From Gonapodya sp. JEL0774 (taxonomy: Eukaryota), in assembly GCA_027604505.1 (NCBI GenBank), contig JADIIX010000025.1, positions 124,001 to 188,000 of the forward strand: a stretch of DNA of 64,000 bases. Direction: 5' to 3'. The position numbers were made by a program, and so were the translations under genes. How positions within the stretch are numbered: the stretch's first letter is position 1; each line of letters begins with the position of its first letter. Positions 24,995-38,829 of this stretch are shown piece after piece. The notes below the pieces were generated by a model. The model was not told where the DNA came from and made no database searches. It saw only the letters and a program-made list of their open reading frames with translations.

Positions 24995-25529
24995 GTTGCC
25001 GCTCAAATGCAGGAAGGATTCATTCAGTGATTTTCGTGTGAGAATGTATATCGTCACAGAATACTGCTCCCGAACTGTACACGGAGGTTTGAATGAGCAA
25101 ACAATAGTTACGAATCGATGCCCACGCCCCACACGATTTGAACGTGCAAAGACGAGGACACCAGGATGCTTGACATTGAGCTCCCAACCGTGCATGTCTG
25201 GATCACCTCGATTTATTTGTTCATCGAACTGGTGTTGGGTGCTTGGGTCAGTTGTTCCACCGCTTTCATTCCACAAGTCCATTCTAGATTTGACAATGTG
25301 TGATACGCACTTTACAAAAAAAGTCAGCCAGAAAGGGGAAACAGAGAGAAGAATTACACCAGCTTATCTGACCAGAGAAACATCTAAGAAATGTGTCGAT
25401 CGGCCGTGTCCTGTGGTTACATAGCCTGGCTGGCATCAAAGTCTCTGGTTGGACCGAGCACAAGAGTGTCTGGACTGTGGTCCTATGTAGACCTTCTATC
25501 CATTCATTCAATTCCCCCGTCGATCTCCG

Positions 25530-26828
25530 ATGTCAGCGTCTACTTCGTCGAATCCCTTCCCTCAAACTCCCATCGCCCCTCTCCACCTCTCCCGCCGCTC
25601 AATCGTCCCAACCCAATACGAATCCCGAGCTCCCGCAGACCCCAAACCGGAACCTCTCAGGCGGATCGACGTCGATTTCTTGTCGGATGTGCAGCATTTG
25701 CGGAGTCAATTGAAAAAGGACGCGCAGGGGTTTGGGGAGGACCGGATGGTCTTCGGAGAGGGTGAAGCAAGAGATGTGGCAACGGCAGTGGATGAGGTGA
25801 GGATTGCTTCTGTACATGATTCAATAGCTGAAAAAGCTGGAAAGATGATAGTGATTGCGTGATATTTGGTGGAGAGTGGGAGTGCTACGCTGAGCATAGG
25901 AACCGGTTGATCGTGAAGAACCCGCTCTCCACACAGCTTGACTCTATTTTGTGCAGTGATGCTTGTCTTAATAACTCTCCATGATTTTCTGCTCCTGAAA
26001 CAATCGATTCTCACTGTTCCCTGCTTCGACATGTAACCACCTCTGCCAGTGGATAGATCGAATTTTCGAACTCGTGAAGGACAATATTGAAGTGAACGGG
26101 GTTAATTATGACCAAGCTGTGAAAGACGGTCAAGGTACTTTGTGGTAATGATTACGCGGGGTAGTGCTCGTCAAATGGTATCATTGGGTGTTGTCCACTC
26201 TGCAGTCTACGAACCCATTTCCCGCACTCTCCGCACCCGCCTTACCTCCTCGCATGCCCGGCTCGCTGAACTTCATCTTCGCCTCCAAGAAAAGCGCGCT
26301 GCTTACCCTGCAATGGCGGCCCAGCTCACTGCTGATGCGCTGAAGCGAGAAAGTTGGTGTACAGCCATGGGAATGGCTTTTCCAGAAGGGGAGGGAGAGG
26401 GCGACGTCTCTCTAATTGAGGGAGCTTTCGATTTGAAGGAGGTTGCGGAGGAATTTGAGGAAGTGGATGCAATGGTGTCAGGGGAGTTGAGTGAGGTGAG
26501 AGGGCTTCCTGTGTGATTCCAAGTGAGGATATACGCCCAACTCGATCATTATACATCTTTACTATATCGCGATGTCTGCGATGTCTAATTCTGACTCGAC
26601 CGTCCAACTGCACCTCGTGAACATTTCGGGTGCCAGACAATGGTAACGGCAATTTCTCGCCTTGCCAAGGCTAACCAAATCATTCAAGACAAGGGTCTGA
26701 AAGAAGGTTCGCCTGCTCCTCGACCAGCTCTCGTCACTCCAAATAAGGCTGGTGTCCTTCAGGAGCATGGCATGACGCCAAGGACTGCACGAAAACAAAT
26801 CCTCAGGGCAGTGAGAATTGGAAAATGA
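25530..26828 (+). CDS. Probable Mis12-complex kinetochore subunit Nsl1/Mis14
   Basis: VDE|WIDRIFELVKDNIEVNG...|VYEPISRTLRTRL...LQEKRAAYP resembles the recalled Mis14 pattern (IxxxFxxxxxNxxVNG...EP); GT-AG introns keep frame. Confidence 0.6.
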
Positions 26829-26941
26829 AATTCTTAGTATATATTTTTTGTGGGGTATTACAATGAGAATGCTTGTTTGTTTACAGTTTGTACTGTGGAT
26901 TTCAATTGTTATACTTCACCGGTCACCAGTTGCTCGTGGAA

Positions 26942-29900
26942 ATGTCATTCTTTCGATTTCTGCCTGGCCAAGCAGGCAAATCAGATGCAGGAGCACAAGA
27001 AGAGCATCATCGAAAAGAATCGTCACTGCCACCTGTCGTGACTTCGGTTCCCTCAATCACGGTAACAATCGAGGAACATAGCGATGAAGACGAACCTGAA
27101 GAGACTTCCAAAGATGCGCACCCTCACATCTCCGTAGACAGAGGTCTCCTTACACCTCCTGGTACGCAGAGGCGCTCGGGCTCTGCGTGGAATCTCGGCA
27201 CCACCCGTTCGCCCAAGAGGGCCAAGATCGCGAGCTATGTCAGCGCATCTTCCTTCGAGGAGCTCACTGCATCATCTGCGAAGATGGGTGGCACCAACGG
27301 TTTTCGCTTGGACCCAAAGAAGCTCAACTCACTTCATCGTGCGACCTTTACCGGGGACGCGAACCGTGTCTTGGGAATGCTCTTGAAAAAAAAAGACGTG
27401 AATAAACTGGACAAAAACCACGCGTGCTCTGCGACAGCCATTGCTGCGGCTATCGGGCACATGGTAAGCGCAGACTTCCCTCGGGCCGATCGACAGCCTC
27501 ACCTGACATTCACTACTCTCAAAGGGAACACTAGAAGTGCTGTTGGCGAAACGACCGAACATGAACCTTGGTGACCCCGCAGGTCGGACACCGCTTATTT
27601 TGGCTTCAATTGAGGGGCATGTGTCCATTGTAAAGCGACTGATGTAGGAGCGATCGAGTGACCGGTGCCATTTAACGTGACTAAAACAGCCGAACTATTC
27701 GGCAGTAAACAAGGTGCAAATCTTAACATTACAGATCATCTCAAGGCGAGTGCCCTGCACTACGCACTGCTTGTCAACTCGATTTCCGTTGCTACTGCGC
27801 TATTAGAAGCGTGCGCGGACTTCTCAGTGGTCGATAAAGTACTTGTTGTGCGTGCGCATTCCGCTTATTTGGGAGCTGAAGTATCGGTTCCCTATCCCAA
27901 CGTCAGAGCGGCTGCACTCTGCTACATCATGCGGTCCGACTTGACCTAGTTGACCTTGCTTCATTGCTGATTGCACACGGGCATCCAGTTGATGTATTGG
28001 ATCCGAGAAGCAAGTGAGCTAGCTTTGTTTTGTCTTTCTTCGCTAGAAGCAACGTGGTGAGCATACTGTCATTATACGTCTTTAGGACGCCCTTGCACTA
28101 CGCAGTGGAAATGGACTCCGTGAGAAGGCGCCCAAATAGTCCCTATGCTCACTTCAAAGCGTGATACAGCTTATACACTTTGGAATACAGGAGCCGCTCG
28201 TTCACCTTCTGCTAGTAAATGGGGCAGGGTCAGCCCTCTCTGATTCTACTGGGAAGACCCCAATAGAGTATGCTCGCAGATCTGTTGTGTTGGACGCATT
28301 GACCCAAAGTTTATGTAAGTGGGAGGTCCTACGCAATTGTATTGCGAATCAACGTTTTGAATGCTTCCGTCCAGTCAAGCATGAATCGGTTGCACAACCC
28401 AGCTCTGTTGATACATCTGGATTTTTGCCACATATTCGAAGATCCTCGTCTAGTGACAAGGCGCAAAGTGATGCTCAACCTCGCGCAAGCATGAACATTC
28501 CGAACCCCCTCACCATTTCGCAATCAAGTACCCGCGGTGATCGACCAACTATCGTCGGTTCTATTGCCAGCGATCCGGTCGGTGACTCGGAGTTCGAGGA
28601 TACTCTCGGGCAAGTTCAGGTGGTGGGAAGCTTGTCATCGCTCAATACAGCGAAGGGGGGTGGTGTTGTCTCTCAACAACTATGTGCACAACCTGATGGC
28701 GGTATCATATCGGATGATGTTGCCAAAGCAAGTGCACATGCTGAAGAAGCTCTTTCACCAGGTAAACAAAGTTCGGGATCAACAGTAAGTGGTAGATGCA
28801 GTTTGTGCCTCCTGCAGCGGATGTATCTTTGCCCGCCCTACACTATCAGGTTCTTAGTGTCCCCATTCCACCTACTATCACTCGCTCGCCTGTAATCCAT
28901 TCCCGACGCCCACACACTAGATCTCGGTCTGTGGATTGGGCACCGCCCTCCGGTAGCAACGCTGCTCCAACCATTCATGAGGTGAAGATACCGGCTTCTC
29001 CAGAATCAATTAAACTGAGCCAATTGCTGATTGAAGAGTTGGAAAGGCTGGATGCCGCAGATATCACTGGGCCCATTGTTTATACTGTGAGAACTGTGTG
29101 ATCTGTGCGCATGTAGAGATGCTAATTCTTTTCAAATTACAGAACAACGACAACCTCCGCTCAACGACATGTACACTCCCACGAACTATAGAATCATGTG
29201 ACCCAGCGTTGGAACCGCGAGAAGATATTTCAAACTCAGGCAATTCCTCGGAGGAACTTCCTACAACCATGCTGGATGATCTTGAGGAGCCGGCACCAAT
29301 GGAAGCGTCAATTGGAGTTGAACGTTCAAAGTATTCTAGAGGGGCAGTCTTTCGACGTCGGTGGTCTTCCTTGTCAACGCTATCGAACTCCGTGAAATCT
29401 GCGTCGACCGTTGACACTGCGCGGTGGAAGTCTCAAACAGTGAAAATTGATATTTTAAGCGAGAATGAAGATAATCACCCCCCGATTGACAACGAGTGTT
29501 CTCCGGGTGGTTCCGGGGAGAACGTCAGGTCGGAGATGTTTGAAAGTGCCCTTCAACGTCTACCGTTGAAAGATAGTAGTAGCATTCACACCCGGCCATC
29601 TTCATCCTCATCGAAAAGCTCAGCAAGTAAAGCTGGCATAGATACGACGTTTATTGGGTTTTCCGTTGATGAACTTTCTGAAAAGGACCAATTGCGACGA
29701 TACAAAGAAGCGTACGGTGCTCAATTCGCCGAGCTTACGACGATTATATCGGAGTTAATGAATAACGTTGGAGTGTCGCGACAAGAATGGCAGTCTCTCG
29801 GACCAACGACAACAGAGCAGGTGAACTCGGACCCTGGTGCCGGCATTCCTGGTTTCCTTCGAATGAAAAACTCCATGCATCGACTGAAAGAACACTTTAC

Positions 29901-32283
29901 TGCCATCAGAGAAGAACGAGATACAGTTGTTCTTGCGTTGCGGGACCGCGAAGAAAGGTTTCAGGCTCTTGCCGAGCAGATGGTCTCTTTTGAGAACCGG
30001 GCAGAGTCGGAGAAGCAAACCCTTGTCATGGAGTACGAAGGTCGCTTGCATACAGCGCTTAGTGATGCAGCAGAGAAATCTGCTGAGTTTGATCACAGAG
30101 CCATAGAATACCAGGTGACACTTGAGGATCTGAAGACTCAAGTCGCCCGCTTCCAAGTCGCACTGTCCGATCTCAAATCCCAAGTAGCTGATCGTGATAC
30201 TCATGTAACAGCACTTGAAGGTACTCTCTCCAATGAAGGAAGGAGGCTGGCGCTTGCTGAGCTGCGCCGAGCCCACCTCGAGGAACGGGTTGCGGCCTTG
30301 ATGGCTGAGCTCAGTGTGGCGGAAAGCACAGCGAAAGACGCGACTTTAACAATTGAGAACTTGAGAATACAGATGAACAGCTTGAAGTCTTCGAACGCAG
30401 AACTCGAAGCTCGTATTAAGGACGCTGACTTTATGGAGGAACGAGTGAAACTGGTGACATCGGATTTGGAGTCCCGGCGCCTTTCGGAGGTTGAGCACCT
30501 CCATCGAGAGCTCAATGCGACGCAGCAAATGCTCTCGGTGCGAAACCAGATGATTGAGGATCTGAGGTTCCAACTTGGGCGAACTGTAGCTGGCATTGGA
30601 TTATCAACTGCAGAGAGGCCGAATCCGGCTAGATGGCACGTTGATATCAACGAAGAACTCATCGAGGTGATGTCTGCTCAATGGGTTTATTGGTTACTCC
30701 CACACCTCTCACAGTTTGTTCAACAGCGATACGCCAGCGAGGTGGACACACTGCGCCACCAACTTGCTGATCAAAAAGCGCTCATGCTAACACGGGAAGC
30801 TCAGAGTATTACTGTTCTCAGTAAGATAGAAGAGAGAGCGACCAGTCTTCGCGAAGAGAACACATTTCTCACCTGTACTGTGGAAAATCTGAAAGAGTTC
30901 TCAAAACAGATTGCAGACCAGCTGAAGGAGCGCGAGGATGATTCGCTTAAGAGAGATATCCAGCTTATGTCAACCAGGGGGGAAGTATTGCAGCAGGAAA
31001 ATAGGATAAAGGACCTGTTGGCAGAGATCGATGGACTGAGGATTCGCTGGGAGCAAACGCGAACGGATCTGGATTCAGCTTCGCAGCACATTGCAAGCCT
31101 TGAAACATCCCGAAATTTGCTTTTGAACAAGATTGACGAATCAAATCGGGTCTTGCTAGCGAAGTCCATGGAAGCCGAGGAGCTTGGTACTAGATTAACA
31201 GACGCTAACGAACGGGAGGAGGTCGCACTGAACAAACTTGCAACATCTGAAACTGAGGTACTGCGACTGTGTAGTGAGCTGCAAATCTGTAACCGTGATG
31301 CTGTTGAGGGACGGGAAACGCGGCAACGATTGGAGACAGAGGCTGCACGACTGAAAGCAAAATCGGCTGATCTGGAGCAACAACTGCTTCTCTATGGAGA
31401 AGAACCCAGATCAAAGCTCATGTTTGTGATGAAAGAAGTGGAGCGATTGCAAGTGGTGGAAAAGCATTCCGAGGAGCTCCGGGTTCTCTGTGAGAATTTG
31501 GAAAAAGACCTCGAATTGATGCGACTTAAGGTCGCAAAAATGACAGACTCGGAGTTCTTCATGGGATCCGTGATTCAGCACTTTATAGAGGCTTTCACAC
31601 TGACTTTTTGCCAACAGGAACCTCAGAGCGTGCCAGATGATAGATCGTTACAACAGTTCCTCGAAATTTCGATGCTGGAATATATGGAATCCACTCTGCC
31701 TCCCGTCCAACTGTTGCGACTCGCTGAGATAGATGACTTGATACGCACAATGGGCGGACAAGTTTTTGGATTGGCTCATTTTGCGAAAGAAACCAGCACA
31801 GCCGAATTTGAGGGGCAATGGGCGCATTTACATTCTCAGATGATCTGTCTAGTGGACCGTGATACTTTGAGTCACAGAATCTATGATCTCCTGATGGTTG
31901 TTGCGTCATCGTGGAAACAACGACGAGACGAGGCTATCGCGAAAGTTGGCCCGGCGCTTTCAACTCTCGGGAAGCTTCGATCCACCATGTATCGTCTGCT
32001 TACGACCGCCAGCAATACTACTTTATCAGTTCAGACCACCAGCGAATCAGAGAAAGCCGCACTTTCTGAGAAGAATAAGGCTCTCTCGGAATTGGTGAGG
32101 ACCTTAAAGTCCGAAGGGGACAAAACACTTAAGGCGCTCAAGAGACAGGAGAGTAAGATTCGTACATTGGAAGAGGGAAGGTTGAGAATGCTGAACTTGA
32201 TCATGGAACTGAGGAAGGCCAGTGTTCCAAAAGAGTTGAGAGGGATAGAAGTGACAGAAGACATCGAGTGGGAGCCATACTGA
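26942..32283 (+). CDS. Large protein with N-terminal ankyrin repeats and ~1000-aa coiled-coil C-terminus
   Basis: Spliced ANK repeats (LHRATFTGD, GRTPLILASIEGH, SALHYAL, TLLHHAV, TPLHYAV, GKTPIEYA), then a Ser-rich linker and the heptad-rich 29098..32283 ORF. Confidence 0.8.
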
Positions 32284-32516
32284 TGCGTTATTTAAATTCT
32301 GATATGTAGATAGTGTTCATAAGCATTGTGAGCAAGGTCACCGTAGTATCCAACCATAACATGTTGTGCACCCAAAATTCGGGAAGTTTCACCTATGTGG
32401 TGACCAAAACGTTATCTACAGTGAACTGTACACGTAATCGGAAGTCAAAGTGCTAAGGTCCTTCACAAAAACAGAGAAATAGATTCCAGAGTACGTGAAG
32501 TTCTTCCAACTCTCCC

Positions 32517-35500
32517 TTATTCCATCACCACGACTCCATCCATAATTTCATCCACTTCGGCATCTCTCAGCAGCGCTTCCACTACCCTTTCAACCCGTCC
32601 ACCATAGCTTTCAAGTAGCTCAGGAAGTGAAGGACCCCTGGGGTTGGCACGAAAGCCCATGGACTCCAAGGCTTGTACTGCTTCAGCGTATGATGTGGAG
32701 GAATGTGGACTAGCAGGGTGCAGTTGATTTGTTGTGGGTTCGCTCATTTCAGCAGGAGGAAAGCCGCCAGGCACCTCTCTCCCAACAGCGTCTTCCGTGC
32801 CATGATCCAATCTATCAGGATCACTCTCGCAAGCATTGATATCACCCCTTCTTCTGCTCCTTTCTCTCTCTTTCTCCCTCTCCCGCTCTAGAACCCAAGC
32901 CGCCCTTCCCCGCTCAACCCTTTCTCTCTCTCGCTCTACCCGTTCCCTGGCTACTTCGGCACGTTCTCTTGCGGCTTCGGCTCGCTCTCTCTCCCTGTCC
33001 ATTCGATCCACTCGACGATCCAGTCTCCGTTCGTGCCGACCTCCCCGGCGAGATCCACAAGCAGAAGCACCAGGTGTAAAAGTCGTTTGTGGTCCACCAC
33101 CCTGCTGCAACTGTGACAACTCATACGCGGTGCCATTTTGCACCGGAAACGCTCCTGGTATAGGCGTGCTCCAACTACCCGCTGTGCTGCCATGAGAATC
33201 TACTTCACCATCATCCACCCGCCGTCCCGGCCCAGCTTGAGCCCACGAACTGACTCCAGTGGCGGCTCCGACTGGATTTGGTGAACCCCAGAAGTGTGGT
33301 TGTGGACGCGGTTGCTCCATCCAAAACGCAGCGGCAGGGTGATGGGGAGGAACTGGCGGCACAGGGGGTAGAGGCGGCATCGGGGGCATCGGTGGCATCG
33401 GGGCCATGGGTGGCATCGGAGGCATGGGGACACCAGGGTATATGCGCGTTCTTGGTGGCGACGAAGAAGTCGGTCCAGGCGGCCCTTGTTCGACTGATGG
33501 TGGACTAAGTGGGGCAGTCAAGTCCTTTTCTTTGGTCGCGACTCCCTGCTTAGCCCCACGGGTATTGTCCGCTCCATCAACCTCACCCTCACCAGCAACC
33601 ACAGACATCCACCCAGGCCATGCACCTGGCACAGATGGAGGAACGCCTCCACCGAACATGCCCATTGCTGGCCTTCCCACCCAGTGCGGCCGTCCTCCCC
33701 ATCCACGCCCACCTTGAAAGTGATGGTGGTGGGCATGTGGGTTGCTCCAATCCTTCGTGTGATGCAGGTGTGCGAAGGCACGGTCGGCATGGGCCTGGGA
33801 GTGGGCGTCACGAGCGGCAGCCGCAGCCGCGGCGGCATACTGAGCCCATGTATTCCACTGTGCAGACCATTGAGCCGCAAAAGGGGGCATTGCAGCCTGT
33901 GAATTTCGCTCTTGGTCGGTATGCCCTGCGGCTCCTTGAGCCTGCAGCGGGATTTGGTCGGAATTTGGCGGTTGCGGTTGGAGTGATGCGATGGACGAGG
34001 AAATAGTCTGTGCGATATCTACAGCCCTAGCTGAGATAGCCCGAACGATCCCCTCTGCGCACCCACGTGCATCAACCGTAGGACATACTGGGCCCACGAC
34101 GGTGGCTGTGTTCGGCGGAGGGGAGGTTTCTGTCGATTGTGGCTCTTGTTCGGGGTTCTGTTGTCGCGCTCGTAGTTGGTCGGCGAAACTTTCGAGCTGT
34201 TTGCGTGCAGTGTCGAGGGACACAGAGGTAGTGGCGCCAGAGGACATGACCTTGAATGAGGGGGCGAGGAGGGGGGAAACGAAATTTGAACATCACAAGG
34301 GTCGGCCACAAAGATTTGGAGAAAAGACTTTTCCCTTCGGCGGAAAACTAACCTGTTGAGCAAATTCGTGCACCTGATCCATCAATTCCGGTTCCGCATC
34401 AAAAACCCATTTATGCTGTGCAACCAAGTCCGCCAACTCGTTGAAAAAATGCTCGTTGGGGCTCGAGATAGTGGTTCCAATCGAGGAGGTCACGCTATTC
34501 GTGGGACCGGCTTTCTCAGAGGGTGTGGACTCCGAGATTGACATGCGGGAGGCCGGCCGACCGACAGGTATGGCATTTGCAGGTTCGTCTGGTAATGCAT
34601 CTCTACCGCCTACACGAATTTCTGACGGTGGGGGTGCGGTGATATCCATATCCATGGAGGTTTGGTTGTGCAGAGAGATCGGAACTGGATTTCGACTGGT
34701 TGGTACAGCAGCACCGTGTTCCGTGGTAGGAGGTAGTCGGGTGATGGACAATCGAGAGAGATCCAGTTGTGGTGGTTGAGGCACGACTTGTGGTGCGGGT
34801 GGAATAGGCTGCGGGTTCGCAGGCACCGAAGCATCGAATTTGAGGGTGATGAGGTGGGGCCCAGGTTTTGACGAGGAAACTGACGGCCCAGATATCTGGA
34901 GTGCAATTAGGTCATTTAGTTCACGATCGGATGAGAGGGTGACGGGGTCACCTAAGGGTCAGGGGGAAGGGATGGCGAGAGCGTTAGCAACGGACAATCG
35001 TGCAGTCCGAACCGAACCAAAGTCCAAAGCTAGCATCTCCACCATTCCAGCAAAGGTCCTTTGAAATGCAGGCGAGCTCTACAATTTCACCTTCTGGGCA
35101 TCTGGTCTCTGTTGGTCAAATGCGTCTCTGGGATGCAAAACTCTCCCAACACTAGGTATAGCTTCTCGCCCACTGATGCCAATCATCATTGGTAGCGTCA
35201 GTCGTTAATTTTGATATGTTTGGTCAATGCCAGTGATTTGCTCCAACATTCCCACATGCCAATGAAAGTACTCTCAGGTGAGCCAAATTGTAAAATGCGA
35301 CACGTACCATCCTCGTCCAGATAGGTGACAAACAAGCTGGTACCTTGGGCGATGCCGTGAACTGATTTAATGTTTGCCTCCAGGTCTGACCAGCGATACG
35401 AGAACGCCGATGAAACTGGACTCGACGAGCCCACGCCGTCGGCAGGAAGCAGGATAAACTTCCTAATAGATCCACCAAAAGTGACCTTTACGGTCAAAGT

Positions 35501-35521
35501 GTGCGACGTATTTGTCGCCAT
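32517..35521 (-). CDS. PB1 + C-terminal UBA domain protein (p62/NBR1-like architecture), 3 exons
   Basis: TVKVTFGGSIRKF...VTYLDEDG|DPVTLSSDREL (PB1 with basic Lys and OPCA acidic motif); C-terminal YAEAVQALESMGF...LLESYGGRVERVVEALL (UBA, MGF loop). Confidence 0.8.
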
Positions 35522-36138
35522 AATCTGTTGCTTCAAAGGGGTGAAGATTCGCCTGAGCAAATGCAACTGGAGGTGTGGAAGCGATTGCCAGAAGTACACG
35601 GAGCGACACACGTAACAGTGTGAGAAGGATAGAAAGTCTTTGACACCAAAATCAGGCGAGGAAATAGTCAGTTGCGATTTCGCTGTTGCTGTTGTTTTTC
35701 GGCTCTCGTTTGCTGGTTGCGTTATGCCGGGCTGCACGGGAAAATGGTTCTGCCACCAGTCCACAACAACAAAACCTCTGTTTCGCCCAAGAATTCCACT
35801 TTCTTCCACATCATTCTTTCTCTACGAATTGACTGTATATGATATTGAGCATCATAAAGGTGCGTTCCTTTCGTTTCTTGCATTCCACATTAGTAGACAT
35901 TTTACTGTCTTTGCCGCCGAGTACATATAATACTGGAGCTCTTTCCTTATATTATTACAGTAATTGCCCTCCACTCGCTGCTGTCCTCACTGGAGCGTCA
36001 TGTTGTCCTGGCTTTTGCTTTCCCACTTTATATAAACATTGCGCTGGAGAATCAAATTGGTGTACGTAAATTTTCCACTGCAGCTATCCAATTACTTATC
36101 AGTAACAGAGAAGGGTGTTATTTGACCGGCATGGGCAA

Positions 36139-38490
36139 ATGAGCTGGATGACATCAGGAACCACCAAGTGCGTCGTCCCTGGTCGTTTTGGCCCGGCACA
36201 ACGTGCCACCAAAAAAGTGTTCGACATCCAGATGCTGCGACGCCTTGTGCTTGGAAAAGCGGATCCGCCTTCAAAGGCCAAAAAGAAGGACTATGATGTC
36301 ATTCGAGTGCTTGGTGAGCTTTTGAGTTCCTTGCTTGTGGTGATCCTTGACTCCAGCAAAAGTTACGAATCACCATCACGCTAGGCGCTGGGACCAGCGG
36401 CCAAGTAACAGAATGTATACACCGACCCACTGGGAAACATTACGCGGTAAAATCCATGCCGAAAAGCTCGCTTCCCAAGATGATACCTGGGGACGCTCAT
36501 CAAGAAGCAAGATACCGGGAGGTATATACATTGAAACAAGTCTCTGGGCATCCAAATATCATCGGTCTTGTCGATTGGTTTGAGGGAAGGAACACTCTGT
36601 ACCTGGTGACCGAACTGTGAGTACCGCAAGGGCTGCGAGACCCCCAAAATCCCCACCAATCAAGTCTACACGCCCTGTTCCCCACCATTTTCACCGCATT
36701 GAAGAGCTACAGGAGGAGAGCTCTTTGATCATATTGGCAGTATGGGACATTACACTGAGGCTGATGCTGCAGGTGAGTTGTCACGGTGCTTCCTTACTCA
36801 TGCCACCGTTTCCTTTTCTGACTTTCCCAGTCTGTTCCAGTCATTGCTGCAACACTTTGCAACGCGGTAGCCTTCATGCACGACCATGGTGTAGTTCATA
36901 GGGTGCGTTTGGCACGTCTCTCTCTCTCTATGGAGTAGGCGGAACTCGACAGTTTTGACACTGGGAATTCGTTCCTCCTTTCCATTTATCATCTGTCCTA
37001 CTTCTTGTGCTACTTTCTCTTCCCAGGACCTGAAAACCCAAAACCTCATGTTCAAGGACCGATCAGAAAATACCTCCCTGGTCATCGTGGACTTTGGCAT
37101 CGCTAACGTAGTCAAGGATAAGAAATCGCTGTTGGACACGAAAGGAGGTGAGCTCAAAGTGTCTCATGTGCACCTGTGGTTTTATCTCGCCTGGATGGAT
37201 GGAGGATTCTCATTCTATGTGTCCATCCCTGCCCTCACCTATTTACACTTCTGAAGTCGGTACACCCAGCTATCTCTCACCTGAAATCTTAGTTGAGAAG
37301 CCATATGGACCACCCAGTGAGTCTGCACTATGGCCTTCGGAGACCCGAAGCTCATGAAAAACCTCTCACCTCTTCGTTTCGTGGTTCACGTGACTGTGTA
37401 CTAAATCAGCCGACTGCTGGGCGCTGGGCATTATTACACATCATTTATTGGTCGGCTATGGTGGGTTTCGGTAACCTGATCCCAACATTGATGTAGAACC
37501 GGCAACAAACCACGGTTGCTGTTCCACTCAGGTCCTTTCGAGGGGGGTCTTGATTTCTCTGACATTCTTTCCAAAATTGTCCGTACTGGAGTCTCCTTCG
37601 CCGCCCCGGAATGGTCGGTCATCTCTGACCAAGCAAAGGAGTTCATCAAGCGGTTTCTTACTTTGAGTCCTGAGGCGCGCATGACGGCCAAGGATGCCTT
37701 GGCGCATCCGTGGATCACCAAAATGGTGCCGAAGGCATATTTGAATAAGCTCAAACTAATCAATTATTCGTTGGAGGTGCAGCACGGGATCGCTCAGAAG
37801 GACCCCGTTTATGAGGAGATGTTGAGCTTCGACGGTCAGTCTGGGGAGAATCAGAAGGACGCAACCAAGAATACCGAAGTAGAGTCACAGTCGAGCGCGT
37901 CCGGAGCTGTTGTTGCACCCGTACCTGGATCAAAGTCTGCCGATTCTGCTGTGTTGTTGGACACCATCCAGCCGCCGCCAGTACATACCCAGGCGGTTTC
38001 CGTCGCGCAATCCATCCCCTCGCGAACTCGCTCTCCTCCTACTGTAGGACCGATGACGATTCCGATTCCGCAACGGGTTCAACCTGAACTTCCTCCAGAC
38101 AGTTCCATGGAAACCCCGTCTGCCGACCCCGATCCACTCTCCACGTCTGCATCTTCCCGGTTTTCCATATTTCGTGTCGCCTCCAACCGCTCGTTCACTC
38201 TGCCGAATCTCCTGTACGATCCCACCACGGAGGGAACGGACGGCGTTTCGATGTTCCGTTCCGCGTCGGACGATCCAGCGGCGATCGCAGGAGCCTTCGG
38301 AATGGCTCGGAGTTCTTCTGCTGTGAGCGCTCCGAAGATTCGGTCTCTTACGGGTGCCTCAGCGCCATCCGCGTCATCCTGGGGTGCCAAGGTCAAGGGG
38401 GGCTCGAAGGTATCTCCCTTGAGCGTGAGCATGACCAAAATGTGGCCAAAAGGATCTGCTAATGACGGAAAGGACACGCAAATTGAATGA
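36139..38490 (+). CDS. CAMK-group Ser/Thr protein kinase, 8 exons
   Basis: LG|AGTSGQV, YAVK, HPNIIGL, EL|ATGGELFD, VVHR|DLKTQN, DFG, GTPSYLSPE, DCWALG, RMTAKDALAHPW; start may be 36232. Confidence 0.93.
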
Positions 38491-38829
38491 CGGGAACAAC
38501 TTTAATTGTGACACATTCACGAACGATTTTGGGAAATTGCACCATTAGACTACATCTATATTTTCCATCATCTTCAGAGTATTCTTAGACGTATTTTTTG
38601 CTGCGATTGCTCAAAGACTGTCTATTACTATCCATCGGAATCAAAACTTGAACTTTTATTCAGTTTCGTGTGCACGTACTGTCGGGGCGTGTTGAGATTG
38701 CGTGATTGGTTATCATGACAAAATCAGAAACCGCGCCGTGGAGTATGAGACACTATTCATGATGCAATGCTACGCCTAACGCCAGTGTGCAAAAAAATGT
38801 GTTCATCATTGTCGATCACTTGCGCGACC

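Noticed and set aside
34952..35306. C/D snoRNA in the long intron of the PB1-UBA gene (ATGATGA box)
   Set aside because: No CTGA D box at a suitable distance; the motif lies in a short hairpin.
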